The notes under the pieces are model-generated. The model did not search any database. It saw only the letters and a program-made list of their open reading frames with translations, and was not told the origin of the DNA. From Gammaproteobacteria bacterium (lineage in GTDB: Bacteria > Pseudomonadota > Gammaproteobacteria > Eutrophobiales > Eutrophobiaceae), in contig CBDEUK010000002.1 in the NCBI GenBank assembly GCA_965243205.1, forward strand, positions 2,048,001 through 2,112,000: a stretch of DNA of 64,000 bases, in the 5' to 3' direction. Position numbers and translations under genes: made by a program. Below, in pieces: positions 30,836-41,726 of this stretch; position 1 is the first letter of the stretch, and the number at the start of each line of letters is the position of its first letter.

Positions 30836-32110
30836 TTATCGTTCAAAAACAATATTGCCATTAACCAATGTTTTTACTACTTGCCCAGGTAAAGAAAAAT
30901 TATCAAACGCAGTGTTTTTACCTGCACTGATCATGTTATTTGGATTAATTGTGGAATTGTTGTTTGGATCGTATATGACGATGTCCGCGGTATTATTAGT
31001 TGATAAATGTCCTGATTCAATATTTAAAAATTTTGCAGGGTTAATAGTAACTGTTTTTAGTAAGGTCGTGATATCAAATGAATATTGTTCCATTAATGAC
31101 ATTAGTAATGGTAAGAAATGTTCGATGGATGATGCGCCTGGTTCAGTTAAACTGAAAGGAGCACTTTTTGCGTCGTCATCGTGAGGTTGATGATCTGAAC
31201 TGATGCAATCAATAACATCTTGTTTAATGCCTTCGATTAAAGCCAGTTTATCTTCTTCTGTTCTTAATGGAGGTCGTAAGTGACAAGCAGAGTTATAACC
31301 AGAGAGATCGTTTTCAGTTAGAAAAAGGTTGTGAATACTGACATCTGCTGTTATTGGTAGTTGTTTTAGTTTTGCTTCTTTAATAAGTTCAACAGATTTA
31401 GCAGATGATAAATGTGAAATATGAATTCGATGGCCAGTATATTCGGCTAATAAAATAGCTTGGCTGATGGCAGTTGTTTCTGCAATCGTTGGAATGCTAG
31501 GAAGACCTAACATTAAACTAATTTTACCTTCATGAGCTGTACCTTGTTTTCTAAGATTTTGATCTTCACAAAATAAGATCAAAGGCATATCAGTTGTGTG
31601 CGCGTATTCCATTGTCCTTCTTAATATTTCTGCATTATGGAAAGGAATATAGGCATTAGAAACAGCAACACAGCCGATGTTTTTTAATGCGTCCATTTCA
31701 CTTAGAGTTTGACCATCTAAGTTATTGGTTGCAGCAGCAATAGGTAAAACCTTGCAGTAGTTAGCCGCTTGGGCACGTTGATGGATTAATTCTGCAACAG
31801 CTGGAGTATCGATAATGGGGTTAGTATCAGGAGGACAGCATACTGTAGTAACACCGCCAACTACTGCAGCTTTTGATTCGGAGTGTATAGTCGCTTTATG
31901 TTGTTGCCCAGGTTCACGCATTCTTGCGCAAATATCAATTAAGCCTGGCAATACGAATTGATTGGAAGCATCAATGGTTTTATCTGGAGTAAAGTCATCA
32001 GGAGATTGATGAATACTAGTAATCTTTTCATCTTGGATATAGATATCGGTAATTTGATCCATATTATTTTTTGGATCGATTACTCTACCGTTACTAATTT
32101 TAATCTTCAT
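30836..32110 (-). CDS. pyrC: Dihydroorotase-like protein PyrC' (probably inactive, ATCase-associated; start likely 32110)
   Basis: Amidohydrolase fold motifs (GGVTTV, PPLRT, SDHQPH) but the metal-binding HxH reads CAR ([14 protein letters not shown]). Confidence 0.85.
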   Translation of the reverse strand: MKIKISNGRVIDPKNNMDQITDIYIQDEKITSIHQSPDDFTPDKTIDASNQFVLPGLIDICARMREPGQQHKATIHSESKAAVVGGVTTVCCPPDTNPIIDTPAVAELIHQRAQAANYCKVLPIAAATNNLDGQTLSEMDALKNIGCVAVSNAYIPFHNAEILRRTMEYAHTTDMPLILFCEDQNLRKQGTAHEGKISLMLGLPSIPTIAETTAISQAILLAEYTGHRIHISHLSSAKSVELIKEAKLKQLPITADVSIHNLFLTENDLSGYNSACHLRPPLRTEEDKLALIEGIKQDVIDCISSDHQPHDDDAKSAPFSLTEPGASSIEHFLPLLMSLMEQYSFDITTLLKTVTINPAKFLNIESGHLSTNNTADIVIYDPNNNSTINPNNMISAGKNTAFDNFSLPGQVVKTLVNGNIVFER

Positions 32111-33089
32111 CAGTTTGCTCTTGTTCTGAACTTGCAAGGCTACCCATTGCCATAGCCATCACAGCCATTCTAACAGCAATCCCATGACTGACTTGTTGTA
32201 GTATGACTGAGTGAGAACCATCGGCGACATGTGAATCGATTTCTACTCCACGATTGATAGGTCCTGGATGCATTACAATAGCATCAGACTTTGCATAGGA
32301 TAATTTTTCTTCTGTTAAACCATATAAAGAAAAATATTCATTTGCCGATGGCAATAAAGCACCGTTCATACGTTCATTTTGTAAACGCAACATCATAATA
32401 ACGTCTACGTCTTTTAAGCCTTCAGATAAGTCATAAAAAACATTAATGCCCAGTTCTTGTATATTGAGTGGAATTAAGGTTTTAGGGCCAATCACTCTTA
32501 ACTCTTTAACACCTAAAGTCAGTAATGCATGAATTTCAGAACGTGCTACACGGGAATGTAAGATATCTCCAACGATTGCGACCGTTAAATCAGTAAAATC
32601 TTGTTTGTGTTGTTTGATCGTAAACATGTCCAACATGGCTTGTGTTGGATGAGCATGACGACCATCACCTGCATTAATAACACTGATATGTGGAGCGACT
32701 TGTTTAGCAATATAATTTGCCGCTCCGCTATTAGAATGTCTAACCACGAACATATCACTGTGCATTGCTTCTAAGGTACGTAAGGTATCGGTTAAAGCTT
32801 CGCCTTTTTTGGTCGCTGAAGTTGCGATATTTAAATTTAAAACATCTGCTGATAGCCGTTTGGCAGCAAGCTCGAATGTAGTACGGGTTCTGGTGCTTGG
32901 TTCGAAAAATAAATTAACAATGGTCTTTCCACGTAAAAGTGGTACTTTTTTCACCGCTCTATCACCCACGCTAGAAAACGTTTCTGCGTGAGATAAAATT
33001 TCTAATAATAAATTTCTGGAAAGACCTTCAGTGGTGAGGAAATGTTTTAAACGGCCGTTTTGATTAAGTTGAATATTCGCGTCACTCAT
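32100..33089 (-). CDS. pyrB: Aspartate carbamoyltransferase catalytic subunit
   Basis: [34 protein letters not shown]. Confidence 0.97.
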   Translation of the reverse strand: MSDANIQLNQNGRLKHFLTTEGLSRNLLLEILSHAETFSSVGDRAVKKVPLLRGKTIVNLFFEPSTRTRTTFELAAKRLSADVLNLNIATSATKKGEALTDTLRTLEAMHSDMFVVRHSNSGAANYIAKQVAPHISVINAGDGRHAHPTQAMLDMFTIKQHKQDFTDLTVAIVGDILHSRVARSEIHALLTLGVKELRVIGPKTLIPLNIQELGINVFYDLSEGLKDVDVIMMLRLQNERMNGALLPSANEYFSLYGLTEEKLSYAKSDAIVMHPGPINRGVEIDSHVADGSHSVILQQVSHGIAVRMAVMAMAMGSLASSEQEQTDED

Positions 33090-33592
33090 TCAGATTTATA
33101 AACCAATGTCAGTGGCTCAGGCCCGGTGAGTTTAACATGTTCATTATCATTAAGCTCAAGGCTTTTTCCAATAATATCGGCTTGAATGGGTAATTCCCGA
33201 CCGGTTCTATCAATTAGGACGACAAGGCTAATACTTCGCGGCCGCCCATAATCAAAAATTTCATTCATCGCGGCACGGATAGTTCTACCGGTATAAAGGA
33301 CGTCATCAATTAATAAAATATCTTTGTCTTCGATTGACGTAGGTAGGTTGGATGGATTAACCGTTGGGTGCATGCCGATTTGGCTAAAATCATCACGATA
33401 AAAAGCGATATTAAGTTCACCAATTTCAACATCATCATCGAGGCGCTTTTTTAATTCATTGGCTATCCATGCTCCACCAGTATGGATACCAATGATCACA
33501 TAATCGTCTAGTTCAAATTCGTCAATGTAATCCTCGATGTCATTTGCCATATCATCAAGGGTTGCGTCCAAGTCAAATTCAAAATCATTCAT
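33086..33592 (-). CDS. pyrR: PyrR bifunctional regulator/uracil phosphoribosyltransferase
   Basis: [32 protein letters not shown]. Confidence 0.95.
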   Translation of the reverse strand: MNDFEFDLDATLDDMANDIEDYIDEFELDDYVIIGIHTGGAWIANELKKRLDDDVEIGELNIAFYRDDFSQIGMHPTVNPSNLPTSIEDKDILLIDDVLYTGRTIRAAMNEIFDYGRPRSISLVVLIDRTGRELPIQADIIGKSLELNDNEHVKLTGPEPLTLVYKSE

Positions 33593-33651
33593 GTAACTAA
33601 TATCAACTGATTGAATTAAGTTTATTCTAGCATGATTAGATGAAAGATGAT

Positions 33652-34056
33652 TTACTGTTTTTTGACATAATCATTTAACCAAGATTGCAAAATAATTTGT
33701 GCTGCTATGTCGTCGATTTGTTTGTTGGTTCCAACTAAGTTTTGTGCCTCACGACTAGACAGACGTTCGTCTGCTTCATGTACTTCTAATTTGAATCGGC
33801 CATGTAGTTGTCTGGAGAATTTTTTAGCAGCAAGCGTCATAGGTTGTTCTTGATCATACATATTATAAGGTATACCAACGACCAGTGCGCTAGGTTGCCA
33901 TTCAGATATGAGTTTTTTGATCCCTTCCCAATCAGGTTTTTTATTCGGAGATTTGAGAATACATAAACCAGTCGCAGTCGACGTTAATGTCTGACCTACC
34001 GCTACACCAATCTTCCATTCACCAAAATCAAAACCTAAAAAAGTTTCTTCTGTCAT
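33652..34056 (-). CDS. ruvX: RuvX/YqgF pre-16S rRNA nuclease
   Basis: FDFG..KIGVAVG, DERLSS, DDIAAQIIL. Confidence 0.93.
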   Translation of the reverse strand: MTEETFLGFDFGEWKIGVAVGQTLTSTATGLCILKSPNKKPDWEGIKKLISEWQPSALVVGIPYNMYDQEQPMTLAAKKFSRQLHGRFKLEVHEADERLSSREAQNLVGTNKQIDDIAAQIILQSWLNDYVKKQ

Positions 34057-34613
34057 GCGTGGCCAATGTCAGTACTAATGTGATCAATATTGACGCCGAG
34101 ATGAGATGCTGCGGATTGCCAACGATGTTCAATTTTGGTGTTAAATATAATGTCTGAGTTGGCTGGGCCATTTAACCAAGCGTTTTGTAACAGTTCATTT
34201 TCTAATTGACCGGGCGACCAGCCAGCATAACCTAGCGCAATGAAATAATTCTCAGGGCCTTGTTCTATTGCAATTGCTTCGAGTACGTCTTTAGAAGTTG
34301 TTAAAGAAATTTTATCATTTATGGCTAAGGTTGAATCCCAGTTACTTCCATGTTCATGTAGTATGAAGCCACGATCAATTTGTACAGGCCCGCCATTAAA
34401 TACAGTTGTTTTACTGATATCAGGATTAGTAATTTCTAAATCCATTTGTTTGAAGATTTCTCCCAGGTTCATGTCTGTTGGTCTATTAATCGTAATACCC
34501 ATAGTGCCTTCTTCACTATGAGAACAAATGTAAGTAACAGTGCGATTAAAATTCGGATCGCTCAAGCTAGGCATGGCAATGAGAAATTGGTCAGTGAGAT
34601 TGGTTGTCTCCAT
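34053..34613 (-). CDS. yqgE: YqgE/AlgH family protein
   Basis: FLIAMP, GGPVQIDRGF, LGYAGW.PGQLE.E. Confidence 0.95.
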   Translation of the reverse strand: METTNLTDQFLIAMPSLSDPNFNRTVTYICSHSEEGTMGITINRPTDMNLGEIFKQMDLEITNPDISKTTVFNGGPVQIDRGFILHEHGSNWDSTLAINDKISLTTSKDVLEAIAIEQGPENYFIALGYAGWSPGQLENELLQNAWLNGPANSDIIFNTKIEHRWQSAASHLGVNIDHISTDIGHA

Positions 34614-34652
34614 ATGTTTAGTATTCTCTGACTTTGCAAAAACTACAAGAGA

Positions 34653-35450
34653 TTAAATTAATATTCGAAAACCTATGATAAATATTGTTATAGCGAAGAT
34701 TTTTTTTAGATGATCTTTAGGTATTTTATGGGCTAATTTTGCACCGAGTGGCGCTGTTAGAATACTGGTTAAGGTGATACCAATAGCAGCGGGCAAATAA
34801 ACATAGCCCATCGTATATTCAGGTAGGCTTGGATTGTTCCAACCTATCCAAATAAGTGAAAAGGTTCCGGCAACGGCTATCGGTAGTCCACAAGCAGAGG
34901 AAGTCCCAACTGCATGACGAATATCAATACAACACCAGAGCAAGAAGGGGACAACAATGGTGCCACCGCCGATACCTAATATAGTCGATAGAAATCCAAT
35001 AATTAAACCAGTAATAACTAAGCCAAGTGTACCTGGTAATGATTTTTGAGCTTTAGGTTGTAACTGAAACCAAATTTGAATTGCGACAAGCATTTCAAAA
35101 ACGCCGAAAAATATTCTGAGATGATTATTGGAAACAGAATCTGTAACGAATGCGCCGATAATGGCCCCGAGCATTATGCCTGGTCCGAGAGTTAATACTG
35201 TATCCCACAAAACAGCATCACGTTTACTATGTGCATAACATGAGGAAATTGCTGTAAAAATAATGGTTGCTAGAGATGTTGCGACGGCAAGATGCATTGT
35301 TATTTCTGGTGCCAATTCTTGCCATGAAAAAATAAAATACAAGGCAGGCACAATGACAATGCCACCGCCGAGACCGAGTAAACCTGCAACGATCCCTGAA
35401 ATAATTCCTAGAATGCAATAATAGAAAAAATCAATAGTCATTAATTCCAT
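34653..35450 (-). CDS. TauE/SafE sulfite exporter family protein
   Basis: Duplicated GLLGLGGG..IVP / ILGIGGG..VVP, AVATSLA, APLGAKLAH. Confidence 0.88.
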   Translation of the reverse strand: MELMTIDFFYYCILGIISGIVAGLLGLGGGIVIVPALYFIFSWQELAPEITMHLAVATSLATIIFTAISSCYAHSKRDAVLWDTVLTLGPGIMLGAIIGAFVTDSVSNNHLRIFFGVFEMLVAIQIWFQLQPKAQKSLPGTLGLVITGLIIGFLSTILGIGGGTIVVPFLLWCCIDIRHAVGTSSACGLPIAVAGTFSLIWIGWNNPSLPEYTMGYVYLPAAIGITLTSILTAPLGAKLAHKIPKDHLKKIFAITIFIIGFRILI

Positions 35451-35587
35451 TTTTTTAGTGTAACTTTTTTATTAAAGAAATATCCATATTTTAACCTGAA
35501 AATAATTGAACTAGATTAACTTTTACTTGCTTAAATACATCCAAAACCGGACAATCTGAAATATATAATATTGTGGTATTAAAAGAG

Positions 35588-37579
35588 ATGTCTTATTCAT
35601 ACGGTTTATTATTAAGTCGTGTTTTTTGGTTGTGTTTCATGGCTTTTTGCTGTGGTGTGGTTGTTAAAGCTGAGATCGTAAACGACAGAGAGCTTTATCA
35701 AAAAGCAGAAAAAGCATTAAAGAAAAAACAATACAAACAATATTCCAAATATGAACAACAATTAACACAGTATCCGTTATATCCATATTTACGGTATACG
35801 TTTTTAAAAGCAAAACTAAATTCTGAAAGCAATGATAGTTTTGAAGACTATCTGAATTCATATCCTGACTTACCTATTACACCTGATTTAAGAAAACGAT
35901 GGCTAACACGATTAGCTCGACAAAAACAATGGCCGTTGTTACTCGAATATTATCAGCCACAATCTGATACGGCTTTACACTGTTTGTATTTACAAGCTAG
36001 ATTGAAACAAGATGTTTCTGACGAGTTGTTAAAGGAAATAAGCCAACAATGGTTAGTTGGAAAATCTTTACCTAATGAATGTGATCCTGTTTTTGAAATA
36101 TTATACAAAAGTCATTACATGACTGATGAATTGATATGGCAGAGAATACGTTTATCAATAGAAAATAATAATTTTCGCTTAGCGAATTATTTAGCAAAGA
36201 AACTACAATCAAACTATAAGGCTGAATTTAAAAGTTGGAAGAGCGCTCATCAAAACCCGAGCCAATGGTTACGAAGTTCACCGAACAATACATCATCTAT
36301 AGATAAAGATATTATTATTTATAGTATTAAACGTTTAACTCGAAACAATTTCGAGCAAGCTTTGAAGTTTTGGAAAGTTAAACAACAACAATATACATTT
36401 TCTCAAGAACAGTTAGGAACCTTAAGTCGATATCTGGCATTGCATGCAGTAAAAAAAGATCATAAAGCTACATTGCAGTTACTCGATGCAGTGCCAAATG
36501 GTTATATCGATAAAAAACTCTTTGTATCAAAAATTAAAATAGCACTTCGTGAACAACAATGGGATACATTATTACGTTGGCTTGATGGTGAACCACCTGA
36601 TGATGATTCTATTAAGAATGCTTGGTATTACTGGAAAGCTCGAGCGTTGCAAAAGAAAGGATATCCTTATGAAGCTGATAAAGAGTTTTCCGAAATTAAA
36701 AACGAAAGAGACTATTATGGCTTTCTTGCGGCTGATTATTTACAAACAGAATATGGCTTTAATCATGATCCAATAAAATCAACTCAGTCCATACGCAAAG
36801 ACCTATATGAATTACCTGCCTTATTAAGGATTAAAGAATTTCTTGAGTTGGATAAACGTTGGCAAGCTGTTCGTGAATGGCAATGGCTGATTAAATCAAT
36901 GGATTCAGAACAATTAGAACAAGCTGCATTACTGGCGAGTGAATTGAAATGGAATGATAGAGTTATAGTCACACTTGGTAAAGGTAAACTCTATAACGAT
37001 TTGAATTTACGTTTCCCGCTTAATTTTGAAAAACAATTACAGTGGTACAGTGATAAATATCAAATGGACTTGTCTTGGGTGTTTGCATTAGTACGATCAG
37101 AAAGTGCATTTGTCGAAACAGCACGATCGCCTGCAGGGGCTTTAGGTTTAATGCAAGTAATGCCTGCAACAGGCAGACAGACTGCAAAGAGTTTAGGATG
37201 GAAAAACTTTAAACCTAACATGTTACTAAAAGCGGATAAAAATATTCCCATTGGCAGTGCTTATCTCAAACAAATGTTAAACAGGTTTGATAATAATTTA
37301 ATTTTGGCAACTGCGGCTTATAACGCAGGGCCACATAGAGTAAAAAAATGGTTGCCTGATTCAGGATGTTTAGAGCCCGATGTTTGGATAGAGTTAATAC
37401 CGTTCACTGAAACGCGTCAATATGTAAAGCGTATATTATATTATGCGAATATCTATGATTGGCGTTTTAATCAAAAGTTAGTGCCTATAAAACAAAGAAT
37501 GTCTATGATTACAGCAATGAATAAAAATGGCATGGCATCTACTTCAAGTTGTAATGCTGAGCTTGTTAGTCTTCAATAA
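35588..37579 (+). CDS. slt: Soluble lytic murein transglycosylase Slt70 (start 35573 or 35588)
   Basis: YPLYPYL, RDYYGFLAA, catalytic RSESAF, GLMQVMP, AYNAGP, ETRQYV. Confidence 0.93.
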   Translation: MSYSYGLLLSRVFWLCFMAFCCGVVVKAEIVNDRELYQKAEKALKKKQYKQYSKYEQQLTQYPLYPYLRYTFLKAKLNSESNDSFEDYLNSYPDLPITPDLRKRWLTRLARQKQWPLLLEYYQPQSDTALHCLYLQARLKQDVSDELLKEISQQWLVGKSLPNECDPVFEILYKSHYMTDELIWQRIRLSIENNNFRLANYLAKKLQSNYKAEFKSWKSAHQNPSQWLRSSPNNTSSIDKDIIIYSIKRLTRNNFEQALKFWKVKQQQYTFSQEQLGTLSRYLALHAVKKDHKATLQLLDAVPNGYIDKKLFVSKIKIALREQQWDTLLRWLDGEPPDDDSIKNAWYYWKARALQKKGYPYEADKEFSEIKNERDYYGFLAADYLQTEYGFNHDPIKSTQSIRKDLYELPALLRIKEFLELDKRWQAVREWQWLIKSMDSEQLEQAALLASELKWNDRVIVTLGKGKLYNDLNLRFPLNFEKQLQWYSDKYQMDLSWVFALVRSESAFVETARSPAGALGLMQVMPATGRQTAKSLGWKNFKPNMLLKADKNIPIGSAYLKQMLNRFDNNLILATAAYNAGPHRVKKWLPDSGCLEPDVWIELIPFTETRQYVKRILYYANIYDWRFNQKLVPIKQRMSMITAMNKNGMASTSSCNAELVSLQ

Positions 37580-37592
37580 CACAACATAAAAG

Positions 37593-38546
37593 ATGAATAT
37601 AAACAAGATATGCGTTTTAGGTGGTACAGGTTTTATCGGTAGTGCATTATGCAATCGTTTATCTGCATTAGGTTATTCCATTCGTGTTCTAACTCGTAAC
37701 CGCGAATCCAATAAACATCGATTAATTTTATTACCTAATGTTGAATTGATTGAGGCAAATATATTCGATGTTGAACATTTGAATGTATGTTTTCAAGGCT
37801 GTGATGCAGTTATTAACTTAGTTGGCATACTCAATGAAAAAGGTTTTAAAGGCGAAGGTTTCCATAAAGCCCATGTTGAGTTAGTAGAAAATATTGTACG
37901 TGCTTGTGAGGCACATAATGTAAAACGCGTTTTACATATGAGCGCATTAAATGCAGATTCTGTTAATGGACCAAGCTTTTATTTAAAAACGAAAAGTCTA
38001 GCTGAAGACTATTTATTTCAACAAACTAATATTGCTGTGACTTGCTATCGACCTTCAGTTATATTTGGTAAACATGATAGTTTTTTTAATCGTTTTGCAA
38101 ATTTATTAAAACCTTTACCGTATTTCTTTCCATTAGCATGTCCCTATTCACGTTTTGCACCTATTTATGTGGAAGATGTGGTTGAATTTGTCAGTCGAAC
38201 AATTTCTGATGCTAATAGTTTTCAAAAGAGCTATGAATTAGTTGGGCCAGAAGAGTTTACCTTAATAGAACTTGTTAGATACACAGCAAAATGCTTAGGC
38301 ATTAAACGAACAATTATTCCATTGAATGACTTTTTTTCACGGCTTCAAGCTAAGGTTTTTGATTTTATTCCGGGGAAACCATTTTCTACGGACAATTATT
38401 TATCTTGTAAACGCGATAGCACAAGTAATAATAATGCACTATCGATGTACTCTATTACACCAACGCCAATCACTTCTATCGTCCCGTATTATTTAGCAGA
38501 TGAATCGACTCAAACACAGTATGATCAATACCGTCGTTTTTCTTAA
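37593..38546 (+). CDS. Complex I NDUFA9-like atypical SDR (NAD-dependent epimerase family)
   Basis: GGTGFIG, VINLVGILNE, MSALNA, RPSVIFG; between slt and cca. Confidence 0.85.
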   Translation: MNINKICVLGGTGFIGSALCNRLSALGYSIRVLTRNRESNKHRLILLPNVELIEANIFDVEHLNVCFQGCDAVINLVGILNEKGFKGEGFHKAHVELVENIVRACEAHNVKRVLHMSALNADSVNGPSFYLKTKSLAEDYLFQQTNIAVTCYRPSVIFGKHDSFFNRFANLLKPLPYFFPLACPYSRFAPIYVEDVVEFVSRTISDANSFQKSYELVGPEEFTLIELVRYTAKCLGIKRTIIPLNDFFSRLQAKVFDFIPGKPFSTDNYLSCKRDSTSNNNALSMYSITPTPITSIVPYYLADESTQTQYDQYRRFS

Positions 38547-38557
38547 GTAATTACTCT

Positions 38558-39772
38558 ATGAAAATATACAAAGTCGGTGGTGCCGTTCGTGATCAATTAT
38601 TAGGTATTGAGCACAAAGACTGTGATTGGGTGGTTGTTGGTGCGTCACCTGATGAGATGTTGGAACAAGGCTATATTGCTGTTGGCAAAGACTTTCCTGT
38701 TTTTTTGCATCCTAAAACCAAAGAGGAATATGCTTTAGCTAGAACCGAACGTAAAAACGGTGTGGGCTATAAAGGCTTTGAGTTCCACACAGGTGATGAT
38801 GTTACATTAGAAGATGATTTACTACGCCGTGATATAACCATCAATGCCATGGCTATGGATGATGATGGTAATATTATCGACCCTTACAATGGTAAAAAAG
38901 ATCTCGAAGATAAAATACTGCGTCATGTTTCGGATGCGTTTGTTGAAGATCCTTTAAGAGTTCTACGAGTAGCACGTTTTGCTGCGCGTTTTGGTTTTAA
39001 AGTCTCTCCAGAAACGAGCAAATTGATGAAACAAATTACAGAGTCTGGTGAGTTATCTAACTTAGTCTCAGAACGAATTTGGCAAGAGCTAGAAAAAGCC
39101 TTAGCTGGTAAATATCCTTCACGCTTTTTATTGGTATTGCGCTCAGTAAATGCATTAGCTGTATTATTTCCAGAAATAGAATGTTTATTTGGTGTGCCTC
39201 AACCCAAAGAACATCACCCTGAGATTGATACTGGCTTACATACGTTAATGGTACTCAATCAAGCGGCTCGGTTAACGGAAGATACAGAAGTTCGTTTTGC
39301 TGCTTTAGTACATGATTTAGGGAAAGGTGTGACTCCAGAAGAAATGTTGCCAAAGCATCATGGTCATGAAGAAGCTGGCGTGGTTTTGGTCGAATCCATT
39401 TGTGAACGATATAAAATTCCAAATCGTTATCGTGACCTAGCCGTGATGGTCTGTCGTTACCATTTAATTTGTCATCGGGTAGAAGAGCTGAAAGCAACAA
39501 CTATTGTTGAAAAATTAGAGGTAATGGATGCTTTTCGTAGACCTGAACGATTCCAACAATTTTTATTAGCCTGTACTGCAGATGCCCGTGGCCGCAGTGG
39601 CAAAGAAGATAGTGAGTATCCACAAGCTGATTTATTTTCAGAGGCTCTTAGATTAGTAAACCAAGTGGATACTAAATCGATTGCTGAACTTGGTCTGAAG
39701 GGCGAAGAGATTGCCAAAGAAATTCGTCATCAGCGTGTAAAACAGATTGAAAGCTGGAAAAAGACTTTTTGA
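38558..39772 (+). CDS. cca: Multifunctional CCA-adding enzyme with HD domain
   Basis: VGGAVRD, EYALARTE, RRDITINAMA, EDPLRVLR, HDLGKG. Confidence 0.97.
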   Translation: MKIYKVGGAVRDQLLGIEHKDCDWVVVGASPDEMLEQGYIAVGKDFPVFLHPKTKEEYALARTERKNGVGYKGFEFHTGDDVTLEDDLLRRDITINAMAMDDDGNIIDPYNGKKDLEDKILRHVSDAFVEDPLRVLRVARFAARFGFKVSPETSKLMKQITESGELSNLVSERIWQELEKALAGKYPSRFLLVLRSVNALAVLFPEIECLFGVPQPKEHHPEIDTGLHTLMVLNQAARLTEDTEVRFAALVHDLGKGVTPEEMLPKHHGHEEAGVVLVESICERYKIPNRYRDLAVMVCRYHLICHRVEELKATTIVEKLEVMDAFRRPERFQQFLLACTADARGRSGKEDSEYPQADLFSEALRLVNQVDTKSIAELGLKGEEIAKEIRHQRVKQIESWKKTF

Positions 39773-39976
39773 GCTCGAATTGGCAAAAAATGATAGCCAG
39801 TTCACACTTTGAAAAATCTATTAGTTAGCAAATTACATTAAGATTAATATTTAACCAGTTGATTAAAAAAGATTATTAGTGTTTATAGTCTTTTAGGTGA
39901 GTCAAAAACACACAATATGTGCCATAAGTATTTGTTAAATAAGAGAGATTTCTAAGCTGAAAACACTAAAGACTGC

Positions 39977-40005
39977 TTGACCCTATAGAGCCAAATACCT
40001 ATAGT
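39977..40005 (+). promoter_or_regulatory. sigma70 promoter of the dcw operon (Pmra)
   Basis: TTGACC -17 nt- TATAGT. Confidence 0.75.
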
Positions 40006-40010
40006 TCCTT

Positions 40011-40037
40011 AGTGGGGAATTGTGGGTAACTGTGGGG
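40011..40037 (+). promoter_or_regulatory. MraZ operator: three GTGGG direct repeats at 10-bp period
   Basis: GTGGG at 40012, 40022 and 40032, matching known MraZ-binding TGGG repeats. Confidence 0.88.
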
Positions 40038-40061
40038 AAATCCACGTAGCGGAGTAGTCTT

Positions 40062-40520
40062 GTGTTTCGAGGTTTCACAACTTTAAATATCGATAGTAAA
40101 GGGCGTTTAGCGGTGCCAAGCCGTTATCGTGAACGCCTGCAAGTTCTGTCCGAAGGTGAGTTAGTACTTACAATAAATCCACTTGACCGCTCTTTATGGC
40201 TTTATCCACTGCCTGAATGGGAAATCATCGAATCTAAGCTAGCAGAGTTTTCTGATTACGATAAACAAATGCGAATGGCCAAATTAATGATGCGTGGTTA
40301 TGCATCAGATTGTCGATTGGATTCGCAAGGCCGCATTATGATCAGCTCTGAATTACGTGAATACGCCAATTTGAAAAAACAGACAGTCATTCTTGCACAA
40401 GGCAATAAGTTTGAAATTTGGAATGAAGCTGATTGGACTACGAAACGTGATAATTGGTTGAACGAGCTTGGTTCGGAAGATAGCGAACCTTCCGAAGCCT
40501 TGAAGATGGTTTCTTTGTAA
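40062..40520 (+). CDS. mraZ: Transcriptional regulator MraZ
   Basis: DSKGRLAVP and DSQGRI duplicated motifs, FEIW. Confidence 0.96.
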   Translation: MFRGFTTLNIDSKGRLAVPSRYRERLQVLSEGELVLTINPLDRSLWLYPLPEWEIIESKLAEFSDYDKQMRMAKLMMRGYASDCRLDSQGRIMISSELREYANLKKQTVILAQGNKFEIWNEADWTTKRDNWLNELGSEDSEPSEALKMVSL

Positions 40521-40527
40521 ATATAAC

Positions 40528-41466
40528 ATGACTTCACAAACCCACACACATATTCCCGTACTACTTAATGAGGCAATTCAAGGTTTGGCAATCAAACCTG
40601 AAGGTGTTTATTTTGATGCAACATTTGGTAGAGGTGGTCATTCAGCTGAAATATTAAAACGACTTAATCAAGAAGGACGTTTGGTTTCTATCGACCAAGA
40701 TAAAACGGCGATTGAAACAGGCCAACAAAAATTCCAAAACGATTCACGCATTACCTTCGAACACAATTCTTTTTCCCACATAAAAAGTATTGCCAAGCAA
40801 TTAGGACACTATGCACATGTAGATGGGGTCTTGCTTGACTTAGGTGTGTCGTCACCACAGTTGGATGATCCAGAAAGAGGTTTTAGTTTTATGAAAAACG
40901 GACCTCTAGATATGCGTATGAATCGTGAGCGTGGAGTCACGGCTGAAAAATGGCTCAGTTCAGCTTCTGAAAAACAGATTGCATCTATTCTGCATAATTA
41001 TGGCGAAGAAAGACATGCCAATAGAATAGCAAGAGCAATTGTCTCTGCACGTCAGCAAGTAAAGTTGAATTCAACAGGCTTATTGGCCGCGATTATAAAA
41101 AAAGTTACTCCCTCACAAGAAAAAGATAAGCACCCTGCGACACGTACCTTTCAAGCAATACGTATTCATATTAATCGTGAACTCGATGAATTAAATGAAA
41201 CATTGGAAAGGGTTGTTGAAGTATTAGCACCTGGTGGACGTCTAGTGATCATCAGTTTTCATTCATTAGAAGATCGCATTGTGAAACGGTTTATTCGTGA
41301 AGAAGTGAAAGGCGATCCATTTCCATCTGCTTTACCTATAGGTCAAGGCCAATTAGTACCACGATTAAAATTAATTGCAAAAAAAATCAAACCTTCAGAA
41401 GAAGAAGTTGATCTTAATCCGAGAGCTCGTAGTGCAATTATGCGAGTAGCGGAGAAACTGTCATGA
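40528..41466 (+). CDS. rsmH: 16S rRNA m4C1402 methyltransferase
   Basis: HIPVLL, DATFGRGGHS, DLGVSSPQLD, FQAIRI, NPRARSA. Confidence 0.98.
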   Translation: MTSQTHTHIPVLLNEAIQGLAIKPEGVYFDATFGRGGHSAEILKRLNQEGRLVSIDQDKTAIETGQQKFQNDSRITFEHNSFSHIKSIAKQLGHYAHVDGVLLDLGVSSPQLDDPERGFSFMKNGPLDMRMNRERGVTAEKWLSSASEKQIASILHNYGEERHANRIARAIVSARQQVKLNSTGLLAAIIKKVTPSQEKDKHPATRTFQAIRIHINRELDELNETLERVVEVLAPGGRLVIISFHSLEDRIVKRFIREEVKGDPFPSALPIGQGQLVPRLKLIAKKIKPSEEEVDLNPRARSAIMRVAEKLS

Positions 41467-41726
41467 AACCTATGATTTTATTGTTGTTAATGACAGCGAT
41501 TTTTTATACGGCGATTCAATGTGTTATGTCTCAACATGAATCACGAAAATTATTTGTACAAATTCAAAAACTCGAAAAAGAACGTGACGAATTAAACGAA
41601 GAATGGGGACGTTTACAATTAGAACAAAGTACGTGGTCAACAGATGGGCGCATAGAAGAAACGGCACGTGATGTTTTGCAAATGAAAGCACCTGACTTGA
41701 ACAGCAAAGTGGTTGTAACAAGATGA
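41463..41726 (+). CDS. ftsL: Cell division protein FtsL
   Basis: TM then leucine zipper EWGRLQLEQST; dcw position. Confidence 0.93.
   Translation: MKPMILLLLMTAIFYTAIQCVMSQHESRKLFVQIQKLEKERDELNEEWGRLQLEQSTWSTDGRIEETARDVLQMKAPDLNSKVVVTR

Noticed and set aside
33593-33651. PyrR-binding attenuator upstream of pyrR
   Set aside because: The spacer is only 59 bp and I see no AGTCCAGAGAGGC-like binding loop or terminator hairpin.
40011-40037. GTGGG repeats as a mini-array or G-quadruplex
   Set aside because: Only three G-runs, fully explained as the known MraZ operator.
39773-40061. Possible rnpB or other ncRNA upstream of mraZ, as in Pseudomonas
   Set aside because: Spacer is short and AT-rich and lacks the RNase P GAGGAAAGTCC signature or GC-rich stems.
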